DNA of 37,461 nt from Atractiella rhizophila. Its lineage: Eukaryota. Position numbers and translations under genes: made by a program. The notes under the pieces are model-generated. The model was not told the DNA's origin and ran no database searches. It saw only the letters and a program-made list of their open reading frames with translations. The stretch lies in NCBI GenBank assembly GCA_021432655.1, contig MU271218.1:1-37461 (forward strand), given 5' to 3'. Positions 35,340 to 37,461 of this stretch are shown here, in pieces. How positions within the stretch are numbered: position 1 is the stretch's first letter; the number at the start of each line of letters is the position of its first letter.

Positions 35340-35860
35340 AATTGTTTGCATGGAGAAGACATCCCGATCACACACAGAGGGTGTCCTCCTCACAAACCCG
35401 ATTTCTCAAGCCCTGAAACAATCATCAACAGCAATTCTACTTCTTCCCATCCATCGTCGTCATTGCCCGTATGTCTCGTTTCCTGATCCCCAAGAACCGG
35501 CACATAAACACTGGGAAACTAACTCACTCATGCGGTATGAAATAGTCATGACCTTTACCGCATTGTGTTAATACGGCGCATGGAAAGTCCTGGCGCAGAT
35601 GGAGTTCTAAGATTGCTCATAACCATAGAGCACGAGGCGTCGAGTACGAGGGAGGTGACCTTTGTGAGGTGCGGTATGTTGCATAGAGGGGAGAGGGATG
35701 GACGGATGACATCGTCCAGATCGAATTCCAGTCCCTGTCCCTAGTCACCCATTTTCAATTTTCAATGCCGTGTTAGTGTTAGATGTAGAGGGGTACAAAC
35801 TGTGCAGCTTCCTATCGTGTCTTCTCTAGAACGCGAGTCAAAAGCCTGAGAATCTCAGTG
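35340..35860 (-). pseudogene. Decayed duplicate of the F-box/LRR C-terminal region, unit 5
   Basis: Near-identical to 16720..17257. Confidence 0.55.
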
Positions 35861-35975
35861 TCACTCTCCACCTTCCCGAACCCATCTAAAGTCGTCATCC
35901 TCGCTCACCCCACACTCACTCAACGTGCTCCTAGCCTTGCATATCTCTTCCTCAAGCCACCCTCCAAAGAATAGC
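35861..35975 (-). pseudogene. Orphan copy-3-type F-box gene 3' end (115 bp)
   Basis: Encodes LFFGGWLEEEICKARSTLSECGVSEDDDFRWVREGGE*, lying 18 bp downstream of the copy-5 stop and out of frame with it. Confidence 0.85.
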
Positions 35976-35993
35976 ATCTGAGTATCTCCAACA

Positions 35994-37461
35994 TCACTCC
36001 TCCCCACCCTCCTTAACCCATATGTATTCATTCTCGTCGCTCACACCAAACTCTTTCAGTGTGCTCCTAGCCTTGCATATCTCGCCCTCAAGCCACCCTC
36101 CAAAGAATAGCCGAACGCTCAACTCGCGTCCTCTCGTTGTCTTCACCTTTTCAGCACCATCCACCGTATCCCCCTCCTCCTTCACCCCCCTGTCCCCAAA
36201 GAACCAGCAGATGAAGTCTGAGAATACGAACCCTGTGAATTCCCAGTCCACCACACAGTACCAAACATCTATGATGGTTATCGCTTTTGCATTTCTGAGG
36301 GTGTGGAAGAACTGGGGGGAAACAAGGTTTGAAGTTTCCTCACCACCGTCGAGGTGGAGTCCGGTGAGATGTTCGAGGTGTGATAGGTCGAGCGGAGTGG
36401 GTAGGATGGAGGTCTTTCCATCAGGCGAGTGGGGGGCGAGCGTGATCTTGAGATATTCTAGAAGAGGCGGTAGACAGGAGCCTGAGACAGAGGGAGGGAG
36501 GGGACACAGATTGGACAGCTCCAGCCATGTGAGGGTGTGTGGGAGAGAGAGCGATGGGAGAGGCGGGTATGTGTGAAGCGATAGTTCTTTGAGGTCAGAT
36601 GATAACTGAAGGCCTGGTGATGTCGACGAGGCAGACTCCTCCACATCGTAAGCATGGAAGGATCTGATCCTGTCACCCATCCTCCGCATAAAATTCTCGA
36701 CCTCATCCTCCTTCCACTTTCTCGAACCTCGGCTGCCAAAGGTTACATAATCCAACTTCCTCAAGCCTCCAATCACGTGCAACACAATCTTCGCCTCCTC
36801 TTCATTCCAAATTGCATCCATCCGCACTGTTGTGACATTTGGCGAGCCCGCGATGACGTCTTTCGCCATCTCGAAGCTCATGTCATCGTCCCCACTGTCA
36901 AACAAGAGATATGTCCACAAATGCCCAGCATTAGGATAAGCCTTCAAGCGAGCATGCATCTCCTTCGTAGAAACATCTCTACTCAAATATGGGGCTGAAA
37001 CAGCGTTCCAAAGCTGACAGACGGCAGAAAGTCGCTTGAAGTCAACAAGATATCCAGTATCTTCTGTGAGCTGTGCAGATTCATCGAATGAAAGAAACTT
37101 GAAAATGAGTGAGAGGATCTCAGGAGGAAGGTGTGTGATACCGCATAAACTAATACCTGTAGGTTGAGTTGTGGAGAGGGAGAGTTGGATGGTGGTTCCC
37201 AGACCGGTGGATGGGATGGTTGATTCCTCCCATTTGCTGAGAGGAATGAAACGCCATTGGAAGTATGAGTATAGGGCGGCGTGGTCGAAGATGGCCTCAG
37301 AGCGATTATCTGGGAGGTGAAACGTGCATGTGAAGGGCTGCACGTCCAGGTCATCCATATCCGCGAATGCAAGATATTTGGCATCCCCAAAAGTCACCGC
37401 AATACTTTCCTCCTCCAACGCGATGCAAAGAATCGCTGTACCGTCGGGTTCGACTTCATTT
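35994..37461 (-). CDS. F-box/LRR-like protein, copy 5 (5' end beyond the window)
   Basis: Open frame from the window edge to the stop at 35994, with the F-box THLPPEILSLIFKFL...RLSAVCQLWNAV and a complete C-terminus WVKEGGEE*. Confidence 0.88.
   Translation of the reverse strand, partial: NEVEPDGTAILCIALEEESIAVTFGDAKYLAFADMDDLDVQPFTCTFHLPDNRSEAIFDHAALYSYFQWRFIPLSKWEESTIPSTGLGTTIQLSLSTTQPTGISLCGITHLPPEILSLIFKFLSFDESAQLTEDTGYLVDFKRLSAVCQLWNAVSAPYLSRDVSTKEMHARLKAYPNAGHLWTYLLFDSGDDDMSFEMAKDVIAGSPNVTTVRMDAIWNEEEAKIVLHVIGGLRKLDYVTFGSRGSRKWKEDEVENFMRRMGDRIRSFHAYDVEESASSTSPGLQLSSDLKELSLHTYPPLPSLSLPHTLTWLELSNLCPLPPSVSGSCLPPLLEYLKITLAPHSPDGKTSILPTPLDLSHLEHLTGLHLDGGEETSNLVSPQFFHTLRNAKAITIIDVWYCVVDWEFTGFVFSDFICWFFGDRGVKEEGDTVDGAEKVKTTRGRELSVRLFFGGWLEGEICKARSTLKEFGVSDENEYIWVKEGGEE

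Larger units (their letters stand above)
33384..35975 (+). repeat. ~2.6-kb recent duplicate of 14793..17372
   Basis: Colinear and highly similar, running into the last 115 bp of the copy-3 CDS. Confidence 0.9.

Noticed and set aside
36022..36576. 184-aa antisense ORF overlapping copy 5
   Set aside because: It is in codon register opposite the F-box CDS and is broken or shorter in the paralogs; a typical shadow ORF.
1..37461. The many 60-250 aa ORFs in the track
   Set aside because: They are antisense or alternate-frame shadows of the F-box genes, or fragments of decayed genes. Their starts and stops are not conserved among units, and many begin at GTG/TTG, which is not normal eukaryotic initiation.
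1..37461. CRISPR array, rRNA/tRNA genes or a prokaryotic defence system
   Set aside because: No short regularly spaced repeats, no recognisable structural RNA motifs, and the gene structure is eukaryotic.

Overview
Eukaryotic, almost certainly fungal DNA: short ~55-60 nt pyrimidine-rich spliceosomal introns with CTRAC-like branch sites and no prokaryotic gene organisation; basidiomycete-like by inference. The whole window is a tandem array of five diverged 6-10 kb units. Each unit holds, left to right: (i) a decayed, unidentified minus-strand gene 'X'; (ii) one to four decayed plus-strand relics of a zinc-dependent xylitol/sorbitol dehydrogenase (XDH/SDH, MDR family); (iii) a decayed duplicate of an LRR-like C-terminal region; (iv) a minus-strand gene of ~585 aa made of an unrecognised beta-rich N-terminal domain, a central F-box and an LRR-like C-terminal part. 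Copies 2 and 3 are intact, copy 5 is intact up to the window edge, and copies 1 and 4 each carry a 1-bp frameshift. All four visible 5' ends share a 58-nt phase-0 GC-AG intron that the ORF track misses. The paralogs differ mostly at the x positions of xxLxLxx strands and are patchworks of one another. This suggests a recombining, diversifying F-box/LRR recognition locus under birth-and-death evolution, with passenger genes decaying around it. All comparisons were made by eye; relic boundaries are approximate.
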